The notes beneath the pieces are model-generated. The model was given only the letters and a program-made list of their open reading frames with translations, was not told the origin of the DNA and searched no databases. Positions 1-8,249 of a stretch of DNA of 28,749 nucleotides are shown one piece after another; position 1 is the stretch's first letter, and each line of letters begins with the position of its first letter. The translations under genes were made by a program, and so were the position numbers. Source of the DNA: Acidobacteriota bacterium (lineage in GTDB: Bacteria > Acidobacteriota > Polarisedimenticolia > J045); NCBI GenBank assembly GCA_027064265.1, contig JAMOQA010000552.1:1-28749 (forward strand), given 5' to 3'.

Positions 1-87
1 AACTCCTCCGGCCCGGGGACGTTGGCGTCCCGCCTGGCGGCCTCACGGCTGGCATCCAGCGTCGGCACGGTTCCCTCCGCCCCGCCG

Positions 88-3000
88 TCAGCTGCGGCTT
101 CCGGCGGGGCTCTTCGTCCCGACCCAGCGCGCGAGCACGCGTTCCAGGTCGGAGCGGCTGATCGGTTTCCCCAGGTAGTCGTCCATGCCGGCCAGGTGGC
201 ACTTCTCCACGTCCTCGCTCATCACGTTTGCCGTGAACGCGATCACCGGCAGGTTCCTGCCCCGCAGGAGTTCCCGGATGCGGCGCGTCGCCTCGAAACC
301 GTCCATCCCCGGCATCTGGCAGTCCATCAGGACGGCGGCGAACTCCTCGGCGGCGACCCGGCCCAGCGCTTCCTGCCCGCTGCCGACGGCGACGACGTCG
401 CATCCCATCGTCTCGAGCATCTTCTCCGCGACGCGCCGGTTGACCGGGTTGTCGTCGACGACGAGGACCCGGACCCCCTCGTACCGGCCGGCCGCGGGCC
501 GGTCTTCCCCCGGCGCCGGGCACGTGTCCGTCCCCGCGGGGAACGGCACCGGCGACGTTGCCGCCGGCTCCTCGGTCACCTCTTCCCCCTGCAGCACGGC
601 CAGGAGCCGTCGGTAGTTGATCGGCAGCGTCAGGCGCACCGCGACGCCTTCCGCCGGGTCCGCGACGACCCGGTGCCCGAGCGGAGCGAGGACGATGACC
701 CGCGGCGCGCGCTCCCCGAGGGTACGGGTCCAGGCCGAGAGGAACTGCGGCGCGGACGCCGAGTCCTCGAGCACGGTGACCAGGACCGCGTCCAGGCCGA
801 CCGCCTCCGCGACGCGCCAGACCGGGCCGGCGGACGTGCGCACCTCGGCACCGAACCACTCCAGTTGCCGCGCCAGCACCTCGCGGAAGCGAGCGTCGTC
901 CTCCACCACGAGCATCCGGACACCGTCGAGGGGCCGGGGCGGATCCTGGACCAGCCATCCCCGGCAACGAAACGTGGCCCAGAAGCGGCTTCCCTTGCCC
1001 GGCTCGCTCTCGACGCCGACCTCGCCACCCATCAACTCGGCCAGCCGGCGACAGATCGCGAGCCCGAGCCCGGTGCCCGAGAAACGTCGCGCGAACGAGT
1101 CGTCCACCTGCACGAACGGCCTGAACAGCTTCCCCTGGTCCTCCCGGGCGATGCCGATCCCCGAGTCCTCCACCGTGAACCGCAGCAGGATCTCGCCGGA
1201 AACGTCCGTCGCCTCCGCGTCGACGTGGACGATGACGCGCCCCTCGGACGTGAACTTGACCGCGTTCCCGACCAGGTTCGTCAGCACCTGCCGGATCCGG
1301 TGGGGATCCCCGCAGACGGTCGCGGGAACCGAGGGGTGGATCGCGCAGCCGAGCCGGATTCCCTTCTCTCCCGCGACGGGGCCGAACAGGCCGAGCACCT
1401 GGTACACGACGTCGTGGAGATCGAAGTCGGTGTCGGCCAGTTCCAGGCTGCCCGCCTCGATCTTCGAGAGGTCGAGGAGGTCGTTCAGGATGGTGAGGAG
1501 CACCCGGCCGGACTGGACGATCGCCTCGGCGAGCTCCCGCTGCTGGTGGTCGAGCCGGGTGGCGAGGAGCAGCTCGGCCATCCCGAGGACCCCGTTCATC
1601 GGGGTGCGGATCTCGTGGCTCATCACCGCGAGGAAGGCCGACTTGGCCCGGGTCGCCTGGCGTGCGACCTCGAGAGCTTCCTGCAGTTCCCGGTTCGCCC
1701 GCTCGAGCTCCTGCGTCCGCTCGGCGACCCGGTTCTCCAGCTCCCGGTTGAGCGCCGTGATGCCGGCGACGCGCCAGCGGTGGGCGGCGTAGATCGTGCC
1801 GAAGATGCCGAAGGCGACCAGGGTGTAGAACCACCAGGTCATCCAGAAGGGGGTCCGGATCGTGAAGGCCCAGGTCGCCTCCTCCCTGCTCCAGGTGCCC
1901 GCCGCGTTCCGGGCGCGGACGTGGAACACGTACCGTCCCGGCCCGAGGTTCGGGTAGGTCGCGCGATTCTGGCTCGTCGGCGGCAGCCACCCCTCGTCCG
2001 CCCCCTCGAGCCAGTACTGGTATCGCACTCCCTCCGGGGCGGCGAAGCTGATGCCGATGAACTCGAAGGTCAGGTGGTTCTGCCGCCAGGAGAACAGCGC
2101 TTCCTGCCGGAGCGGGATGGGCTCCAGGGCGACGCGGATGCCGGTGATGTGCACGGGGGGCGGGGGCAGCTTCTCGCGATCGAGGCGTGCGTCGTAGCGA
2201 ATAGCCCCCCGGATCGTGCCGATCCAGAAGGCGTCGCCATCCTCGACGAAGCGGGCGTGCAGGTTCGCCTCGAGACCGTTGAATCCCTCGCTGCTCCCGT
2301 AGTGGCGCACCGCGCCCCCGTCCGCGTCGTAGCGGTACAACCCTCGGTTCGTCCCGGCGAAGACCCGGTCGCGCCCGTCGACGACCACGGCGTACACGAC
2401 CAGGTCGTCCAGCGCCGACCCGGTGACGACCCGGTGCAGCCGGCGACCGTTCAGCCGGTACAGCCCCCCGCCGCCGGTCCCGATCCAGAGGTTCCCCCGC
2501 GAGTCTTCCGCCATGTCGAAGACGGCCCAGTGGGCGAGGTCCCCGCCGGCCACGAGTTCGAAACCGCCGGACCGGGGGTTCCACCGCACGAGACCGAGGC
2601 CGGAGACGCCCGCCCAGAGCCGGTCCCGGTGGTCCCGGTAGAGAACGTACACGTGGGCCACCGCGTGCCCGGCCGCCTCGAACTCGAAGACGTCGACCCT
2701 CCCGGGCTCACCGTCCGCGCCGGGGCGATAGCGGGCGATCCCCCCCTCGTACGTTGCGATCCACAGCTCTCCCCCGGGGCCGGGCTCGATGTCGCGGATG
2801 CGGGGATCGGGAAGGCGATCCTGCCCCTCGAAGGGAAGCACCCGCCGGCTGCGCGGGTCGTACCGGCAGATCCCGTGATTGCTCGTCGCCACCCACAGGA
2901 CTCCCTCCCCGTCGAACGCGAGGTCCCGCACCACCTCCCCGCACAGGCCGTCCCGTGCGCCGATCGTCTCGTAACGGGGCTCGCCGCCGGGGTGCGTCGG

Positions 3001-4215
3001 CGGGATCTCGTGCACCAGCCCGTCGTCGGTGCCGAACCAGAGGCTGCCGTCGCCGGCCCGGGCGATGGTCCAGATGGAACTGAGTCCCGGCTCGCGCTCG
3101 AAGTTGCAGTGGGTCTCGAACGTGCCCCCGAAGTACCGCGACAGTCCCCCGCCGTCGGTGCCGAACCAGGCGTTCCCCTCCCGGTCGACGAACACGGTGT
3201 TGACGGCGTCGTTGGCGAGGCCGTCCCGCACGGTGAAGCGCCGCCAGGAAGGAGAGGCTCCCTCGTCGTCGTCGCCGGGTCCTCCCGACAGGAGGAGCAC
3301 CCCGTGGCGCTCCGTCGTCACCCACGTGCGCCCCCGGCTCCAGGGACGGATCCCGGTGTACGTGTCCGGGGGCAGTCCCAGCCGCTCTTCGACGTTGACC
3401 GCCTCGAGGGTTCCCCCCTCGCTCCCGGAAAGAACCCAGAGCCCCTCCATCCGCGTGCCGACCCACAGCCGGTTCCCGACGCGACGCAGGACGCGAACCG
3501 GCACGCCCGCGAACTCCCGCACCGGGCGGCAGCTCTCCTCGCCCGGGCGGCCGCGGCACAGGCCCCGGCGCGTGCCCACCCACAGGGCCCCCTGCCACCA
3601 GGCGAGGGCCGTCACTCCTTCCTGCACCCACGGAACCGGGTCGAACCCGGCTCCCTCGGCTGGCCGCGGAGGGGTCCCGCTCGCGTAGAGGCCGGTGCCG
3701 GTCCCGACCCAGATCCGCCCCGCCGGTCCCTCCGCCAGCGCCGTGATGTTGTCCCGCCGTCCCCCCGGCAGCGGGTGCAGGAAGAGGAAGTCCCCGTCCT
3801 CCCGGACGACGGTGAGGGCCCCGTCCTCGTGACCGAACCACAGGCTCCCGTCCCGGGCCGCGAGGCCCGCGAGGACGAAGTTGATCCCGGCGTCCCTGCT
3901 CGGCCGGAACGGCGTGAAGCCACGCCCGTCGAACCGGGCCAGGCCGTTCTGGGTCCCCACCCAGAGGTAGCCTCCCCGGTCCTGGAGGATCGCGGTGACC
4001 TGGGACTGGGGCAGCCCCTCGTCCACGCCGTAGTTCCGGAAGAGCTGCTGGTCCGCCAGGCAGGGAAGGAGCGTCCCGGCAACCAGGAGCGGCACCAGGG
4101 CGAACAGCAGGATCACTGGCCGGGCGCGGGACGAGAAACCGGGGGCGCGGTCGGCCCCACGGCGCGGTGGACCACCGCACCCCCCGCCCGGCACTCGCTG
4201 GAGCTGGGTCCTCAT
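88..4215 (-). CDS. Hybrid sensor histidine kinase/response regulator: signal peptide, two-component regulator beta-propeller repeats, Y_Y_Y domain, TM helix, HisKA, HATPase, degenerate REC, intact REC
   Basis: Repeated 'D..G.LW.GT..GL.R' propeller motifs; Y_Y_Y-like '[14 protein letters not shown]...[19 protein letters not shown]'; TM '[22 protein letters not shown]'; H-box '[12 protein letters not shown]'; N-box '[12 protein letters not shown]'; G boxes 'DSGIGI' and 'GTGLGLAI'; C-terminal REC '[12 protein letters not shown]...GKPI'. Exact start is uncertain and may lie downstream of 4215. Confidence 0.93.
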   Translation of the reverse strand: MRTQLQRVPGGGCGGPPRRGADRAPGFSSRARPVILLFALVPLLVAGTLLPCLADQQLFRNYGVDEGLPQSQVTAILQDRGGYLWVGTQNGLARFDGRGFTPFRPSRDAGINFVLAGLAARDGSLWFGHEDGALTVVREDGDFLFLHPLPGGRRDNITALAEGPAGRIWVGTGTGLYASGTPPRPAEGAGFDPVPWVQEGVTALAWWQGALWVGTRRGLCRGRPGEESCRPVREFAGVPVRVLRRVGNRLWVGTRMEGLWVLSGSEGGTLEAVNVEERLGLPPDTYTGIRPWSRGRTWVTTERHGVLLLSGGPGDDDEGASPSWRRFTVRDGLANDAVNTVFVDREGNAWFGTDGGGLSRYFGGTFETHCNFEREPGLSSIWTIARAGDGSLWFGTDDGLVHEIPPTHPGGEPRYETIGARDGLCGEVVRDLAFDGEGVLWVATSNHGICRYDPRSRRVLPFEGQDRLPDPRIRDIEPGPGGELWIATYEGGIARYRPGADGEPGRVDVFEFEAAGHAVAHVYVLYRDHRDRLWAGVSGLGLVRWNPRSGGFELVAGGDLAHWAVFDMAEDSRGNLWIGTGGGGLYRLNGRRLHRVVTGSALDDLVVYAVVVDGRDRVFAGTNRGLYRYDADGGAVRHYGSSEGFNGLEANLHARFVEDGDAFWIGTIRGAIRYDARLDREKLPPPPVHITGIRVALEPIPLRQEALFSWRQNHLTFEFIGISFAAPEGVRYQYWLEGADEGWLPPTSQNRATYPNLGPGRYVFHVRARNAAGTWSREEATWAFTIRTPFWMTWWFYTLVAFGIFGTIYAAHRWRVAGITALNRELENRVAERTQELERANRELQEALEVARQATRAKSAFLAVMSHEIRTPMNGVLGMAELLLATRLDHQQRELAEAIVQSGRVLLTILNDLLDLSKIEAGSLELADTDFDLHDVVYQVLGLFGPVAGEKGIRLGCAIHPSVPATVCGDPHRIRQVLTNLVGNAVKFTSEGRVIVHVDAEATDVSGEILLRFTVEDSGIGIAREDQGKLFRPFVQVDDSFARRFSGTGLGLAICRRLAELMGGEVGVESEPGKGSRFWATFRCRGWLVQDPPRPLDGVRMLVVEDDARFREVLARQLEWFGAEVRTSAGPVWRVAEAVGLDAVLVTVLEDSASAPQFLSAWTRTLGERAPRVIVLAPLGHRVVADPAEGVAVRLTLPINYRRLLAVLQGEEVTEEPAATSPVPFPAGTDTCPAPGEDRPAAGRYEGVRVLVVDDNPVNRRVAEKMLETMGCDVVAVGSGQEALGRVAAEEFAAVLMDCQMPGMDGFEATRRIRELLRGRNLPVIAFTANVMSEDVEKCHLAGMDDYLGKPISRSDLERVLARWVGTKSPAGSRS

Positions 4216-4311
4216 CCGATGGACTCATCGGCCCCCGGAGCCCCGGCTTGAACGGTGGAGCGCTTCCCGGTTGACAAGAAGTTGCGCGTCGGGACAGGAA
4301 GCCCGGACTCC

Positions 4312-5580
4312 TCAGGCCGCCCGGCCGTTCGCCCCGCAGGGGCGGTCCAGGTCCCCGACCCGCTCGAGAAAGAAGGCCATCGCGACCCCGGCGAAGAGCC
4401 CCGCCAGGTCGATGCCCCAGTCGTAGAGGGAGGGCGTCCGGGTCCAGGTCACGTACTGGAGGACCTCGGTCGCCCCGGTGAAGAGAACGAGTCCCCCCAG
4501 GTACCACGGCCACGGGGCGAGGGAACCGCCCCGGCGTCTCCGAACCCAGGCGAACCGGGCCACCACGCCGAGAACGAGAAAGAACGCGAAGTGACCCTTC
4601 TTCTTCATCGTCCTGACATCCACCAGGGGCGGGGCCTCTCTCCGGCGCTGGTCCCGCGGCCTTTCCGCCACGGCCGGGGCGGCCGCCGCCGGCACCCGCC
4701 AGGCGGCCCTGACGCTCCGGGCCAGGCCGCTGACGCGGTCGACCGCCCGCTTCGTCTCGTAGTTGAGGACCTGGCCCGGCAACATCACCCCGAGGAGGAT
4801 CGCCCCGACGACGACCAGGAACGGCCACCGCCAACCACCCCGGAAGATCCCGAGCACGTGGAAGCAGGCGCCGACCAGCAGGAACCACCCCGTCGCGAAG
4901 AACGCCTTCCACGCCGCGTAGCCCGCCTCGAGCCTCATCTCGTGGAGGTGGACCTCGTCCACCCAGAGCGTCCCGGCCGCGCCGGCCTGCTGCAGGTAGA
5001 CCTCGACCCAGGCGTCATGGGGATGGATCCGGTAGATCCCCTCCATGCGGGTCCACGGCAGGTCCCCTTCCACCATCAGGCTCGGGCGCTGGTGGTCCCA
5101 CAGTCCCCTCCCCCGGGCGTCCCGCGGTACCAGCAGGACCCGGGGCCAGGCCCATTCCTGGTTGCCCTTGCGGATCCCCTCCGCCCGGACCCAGCAGGAG
5201 ATCCCGAGGTACCTGAACCGCTGTACGTCCGGCAGCCGCCACCGCAGCGCGGCACGCTGGCCCGTGGGCCCGGCCCGCAACCGGGCGGCGCCGGAACCGG
5301 CCAGGCCCCCTTCCCGGTCCCAGGCCACGTCTCCGTAGTGCTGCCACGAGACCCGCGGCGCCCCGTCGGAGAGATCCTTCGTCCATCCCGCCGGGTCCAG
5401 GGGTATGCCCCGGTCGAAGGCGCCCAGGTCGCCCAGGAGATCCGGCCCCACCGGGTGAAAGGGCCGGTAGGTGGCGAAGAAGGCGACCATGACGGCGAGC
5501 CAGAGGGCGAGGGCCACGAACCATGGCCCGATCCGCCGCGCCGGTCCCCCCGGCACGCATCGCCCGTCCTTGCCGCGCAT
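4312..5580 (-). CDS. VanZ-family membrane protein with an extracytoplasmic carbohydrate-binding-like (CBM4/9-like) domain
   Basis: C-terminal VanZ-like pattern 'KKGHFAFFLVLG...TEVLQYVTWTRTPSLYDWGIDLAG'; N-terminal TM 'WFVALALWLAVMVAFF'; ~190-aa soluble beta-rich region ending 'GTLWVDEVHL'. Start set at the in-frame ATG at 5580 because the longer ORF overlaps the upstream gene. Confidence 0.7.
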   Translation of the reverse strand: MRGKDGRCVPGGPARRIGPWFVALALWLAVMVAFFATYRPFHPVGPDLLGDLGAFDRGIPLDPAGWTKDLSDGAPRVSWQHYGDVAWDREGGLAGSGAARLRAGPTGQRAALRWRLPDVQRFRYLGISCWVRAEGIRKGNQEWAWPRVLLVPRDARGRGLWDHQRPSLMVEGDLPWTRMEGIYRIHPHDAWVEVYLQQAGAAGTLWVDEVHLHEMRLEAGYAAWKAFFATGWFLLVGACFHVLGIFRGGWRWPFLVVVGAILLGVMLPGQVLNYETKRAVDRVSGLARSVRAAWRVPAAAAPAVAERPRDQRRREAPPLVDVRTMKKKGHFAFFLVLGVVARFAWVRRRRGGSLAPWPWYLGGLVLFTGATEVLQYVTWTRTPSLYDWGIDLAGLFAGVAMAFFLERVGDLDRPCGANGRAA

Positions 5581-5629
5581 GCCGGCGATTGTACGCGCTT
5601 GCCACGGCCGCGCCCGCGGGAGAGACCCC

Positions 5630-6718
5630 TCACTCCCCCGGTGGAGAAGGGACCCCGTCCCGGTGGCGGGCCGCCTTCTCGCGGCTGGGCACGTGCCTCT
5701 GCAGGGGAGCGGGAGGCGGCGGAGCGGCGAGCCAGCGCGCGTACTCCTCCCGCCGGCGGGGCCGGTCACCGGCGAGGATCGCGTACCAGGCGCGGCGCAG
5801 CCGGGCGATCTCCGCCTCCGGAAGCGGGGCTCGCAGGCCGGCCGCCGCGAGGCGCGCGTCGACCAGGTGGAGGGAGATCGCCGCCGTCACCGAGACGTTC
5901 AGGTAGGCGGTCATCCCCCGGGTCGGCACGTGGAAGAGACCGTCCGCGAGGGCGGCGAGCCGGGGGGAAACCCCTTCCTGCTCGCTGCCGAAGGCGAGGA
6001 CCACCGGACCCCCGGGAACGAGGTCGCCGACGGGAACGGAGCCGGGCCCGAAGTCGGCGACCAGCACCCGGAACCCCCGCTCCCGCAGGTGGGCCACCGC
6101 GTCCTCCACGTCCCGCCACAGGTGCACGTCGAGCCACCGGTCCGCCAGGTTGTGGATCCGGCGGGCGAGCCGGACGCGACCCTGCCGGTGGACCACGTGC
6201 ACCTCCGCGAGGCCCAGGGCCTCCGCGGTGCGGATCACGGCGGAGACGTTCAGCGGGTTGACCAGGTCCTCGAGGAGCACCGTGAGCGCGCCGGTGCGCG
6301 CGGCGAGGGCCCGCTCGGCCACCCGCAGCCGGGCCGGGGCCTCCTCGCCGGGCCCCGGCGGGGAAGCGCCGGGCGGCGGCTCCGGCAGGGATTCCACCCG
6401 GTCCTCCGGGCGCCGCACCACGTGGGTCTCCTCGCCCCACGGCGCGAGCCAGCGAGGATCCCGGGGGCGTTCGATCTCGTCCCGTCCCGCCCGGGCCGCG
6501 GCGGCGACCAGCCGCCCGAGCACCGGCACGTCGAGGAGCCTCCGGGCGACCTCCAGGTCGGCATCCTCCCGCTCCGGCCCGGACCAGCGGCCGCGACCGT
6601 GGTCCTCGTCGAGGACGGCCTCGACGGCGGCGACGGACGAGCCGAGGACCCGCAGGGCCTCTTCCATCGCGTCGACCCAGCCGCCCCAGCTCCGCTTCCG
6701 CACCCGGCGTTCGCCCAC
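5630..6718 (-). CDS. trmH: TrmH/SpoU-family RNA 2'-O-methyltransferase with a long N-terminal extension
   Basis: SPOUT motifs 'LEDLVNPLNVSAVIRTAEALG', 'AFGSEQEGVS' and 'VPTRGMTAYLNVSV'; strong GGAGGAGGAG RBS upstream of the GTG at 6718. Confidence 0.8.
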   Translation of the reverse strand: MGERRVRKRSWGGWVDAMEEALRVLGSSVAAVEAVLDEDHGRGRWSGPEREDADLEVARRLLDVPVLGRLVAAAARAGRDEIERPRDPRWLAPWGEETHVVRRPEDRVESLPEPPPGASPPGPGEEAPARLRVAERALAARTGALTVLLEDLVNPLNVSAVIRTAEALGLAEVHVVHRQGRVRLARRIHNLADRWLDVHLWRDVEDAVAHLRERGFRVLVADFGPGSVPVGDLVPGGPVVLAFGSEQEGVSPRLAALADGLFHVPTRGMTAYLNVSVTAAISLHLVDARLAAAGLRAPLPEAEIARLRRAWYAILAGDRPRRREEYARWLAAPPPPAPLQRHVPSREKAARHRDGVPSPPGE

Positions 6719-6742
6719 CCTCGTCTCCTCCTCCGGCGGCCC

Positions 6743-6762
6743 ATTCTATCGAGGGGTAGACT
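6743..6762. promoter_or_regulatory. Back-to-back sigma70-type -10 elements for divergent trmH (TAGAAT, - strand, 6743-6748) and cysQ-like gene (TAGACT, + strand, 6757-6762)
   Basis: TANNNT hexamers on opposite strands in an AT-richer patch of the 72-bp divergent intergenic region; -35 elements are not evident. Confidence 0.45.
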
Positions 6763-6790
6763 CCCCCGACCCGCCCCCGGAGGATCGACC

Positions 6791-7693
6791 ATGGCATCCC
6801 CCCTCTCTCCCGCCGACCTGGACGATGTCCTCGGCCGAATCGACGCCGCCCTGGACCGCGCGGAGGAAGTCCTGCGGGACTTCACCGCCGGCGAGACCGC
6901 GGCCAACTGGAAGTCCGCCGGCGACCCGGTGACCGAGGCGGACCTGCGGGTGGACCGGGTGCTCCGGGAGACCCTGCCCCGCGCCGGGGAAGGCTGGCTC
7001 TCCGAGGAGACGGCGGACACGCCGGACCGGCTCGCGCGGGAGCGCACCTGGATCGTCGACCCGCTGGACGGCACCCGGGAGTTCGTCATGGGGGTGCCGG
7101 AATGGTGCGTGGCCATCGGTTTCGTCGTCTCGGGCATCCCCGTCGCGGGGGGAATCCTGAACCCGGCAACCGGCCAGCGCCTGGTCGGCGCGGTGGGGCG
7201 CGGCGTGCTCCTCGCCGAGCCCCCGGGGCTGCCCCCCGCCGGGACGCCGCTCCCCCCGGAGGGCTCGGGGGGAAAGCCCCTGCCGGTCCCCCCCGCGCCG
7301 CAGCCCCCGGGCCCGCGGGAGGCGCCCCGCCCCGTTCGCGCGACCGACCGGGATCGGCTCGAAGGGGCGGTGGTCCTCGCCTCCCGGTCCGAGGTGAAGC
7401 GCGGCGAGTGGGACCGGTTCGCCGGGGCCCCGTTCGCCGTTCGCGCCTGCGGCTCCGTCGCCTGGAAGCTCGCCCTGGTCGCCGCGGGGAAGGCGGACGC
7501 CACCTGGACCCTGGTGCCGAAGAACGAGTGGGACGTCGCCGCCGGCGCCGCCCTGGTCCTCGCGGCGGGGGGCGTCGTCCGGGCCCTCCCGTGGGAAGAG
7601 GCCCGCTTCAACCGGGAGAAGACGCTGCTCGACGGTTTCGTCGCCTGCGGTCCCGGGCTCGCCGACCCGATCCGCCGGCTGCTCGACCTCTGA
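6791..7693 (+). CDS. cysQ: Inositol monophosphatase / CysQ-like 3'(2'),5'-bisphosphate nucleotidase
   Basis: FIG-superfamily motifs 'GDPVTEADL', 'WLSEET', 'TWIVDPLDGTREFV', 'GSVAWKLALVAAG' and 'EWDVAAG'; GGAGGA RBS before the ATG at 6791. Confidence 0.8.
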   Translation: MASPLSPADLDDVLGRIDAALDRAEEVLRDFTAGETAANWKSAGDPVTEADLRVDRVLRETLPRAGEGWLSEETADTPDRLARERTWIVDPLDGTREFVMGVPEWCVAIGFVVSGIPVAGGILNPATGQRLVGAVGRGVLLAEPPGLPPAGTPLPPEGSGGKPLPVPPAPQPPGPREAPRPVRATDRDRLEGAVVLASRSEVKRGEWDRFAGAPFAVRACGSVAWKLALVAAGKADATWTLVPKNEWDVAAGAALVLAAGGVVRALPWEEARFNREKTLLDGFVACGPGLADPIRRLLDL

Positions 7694-7714
7694 ACGTGCT
7701 CCCCGGACGCACGT

Positions 7715-7740
7715 CGGCGCGGGCCCCCGGGCCCGCGCCG
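7715..7740. terminator. GC-rich hairpin between convergent genes, possibly a bidirectional terminator
   Basis: Perfect inverted repeat cggcgcgggccc-cc-gggcccgcgccg between the stops at 7693 (+) and 7763 (-); no U-tract. Confidence 0.5.
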
Positions 7741-7762
7741 CGGTCGGATCGACGCCCGTTCG

Positions 7763-8134
7763 TCAGTGGGACGGGTTCTGTCCCACGACGATGATCGCGT
7801 GGTCGATCGCCCGGTCCAGGGCCTCGAGGATGTCGGTCGGCGGACCCTGGTCCTCGAGACGGCGGGCGAAGCTCGATGCGCTGTGGTAGTAGAGCGGCGG
7901 GACCCGGTTGAGCGCCACGCAGTACATGTCCTCGACGCACTGCTGGCAGCGGCAGACCTCCGGGCAGCGCTCCAGCTTCTGCTCCAGCATCCGGCAGGCG
8001 AGCACCTCGACGGCGTTGCGGATCCGGTCGAGGCGGACGCCCAGGACCTGGCGCATCTCCCCCTCGACGGTCGCCGGGGAGGAGGACAGGGGCTGCTGCT
8101 CCTCGCGCTCGTGGTTCGGCTGGTCGGTGTACAA
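7763..8134 (-). CDS. ComFB-family (late competence development ComFB) protein
   Basis: Family signature 'N..E...CRCQQCVEDMYCVALNRVPPLY'; the TTG at 8134 is preceded by GGGAGG. Alternative starts are at 8173 and 8056. Confidence 0.8.
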   Translation of the reverse strand: MYTDQPNHEREEQQPLSSSPATVEGEMRQVLGVRLDRIRNAVEVLACRMLEQKLERCPEVCRCQQCVEDMYCVALNRVPPLYYHSASSFARRLEDQGPPTDILEALDRAIDHAIIVVGQNPSH

Positions 8135-8249
8135 GGGAACCTCCCGCGAAACGGTTCGTGTCCTCCCGGCCAAAGGTGGGTCCCGTGGACCGTGGCCGTC
8201 AAGCGTCGTGGCAGAATGGCGGGACCGGACACCGGACCGGGGAGCCGCG

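Noticed and set aside
22-4251. 1409-aa + strand ORF
   Set aside because: Antisense shadow of the hybrid kinase; no recognisable motifs. Long stop-free antisense frames are expected at this GC content and codon bias.
4271-4276. Perfect TTGACA on the + strand
   Set aside because: No matching -10 at 16-18 nt and no + strand gene downstream; probably chance, although an antisense promoter cannot be excluded.
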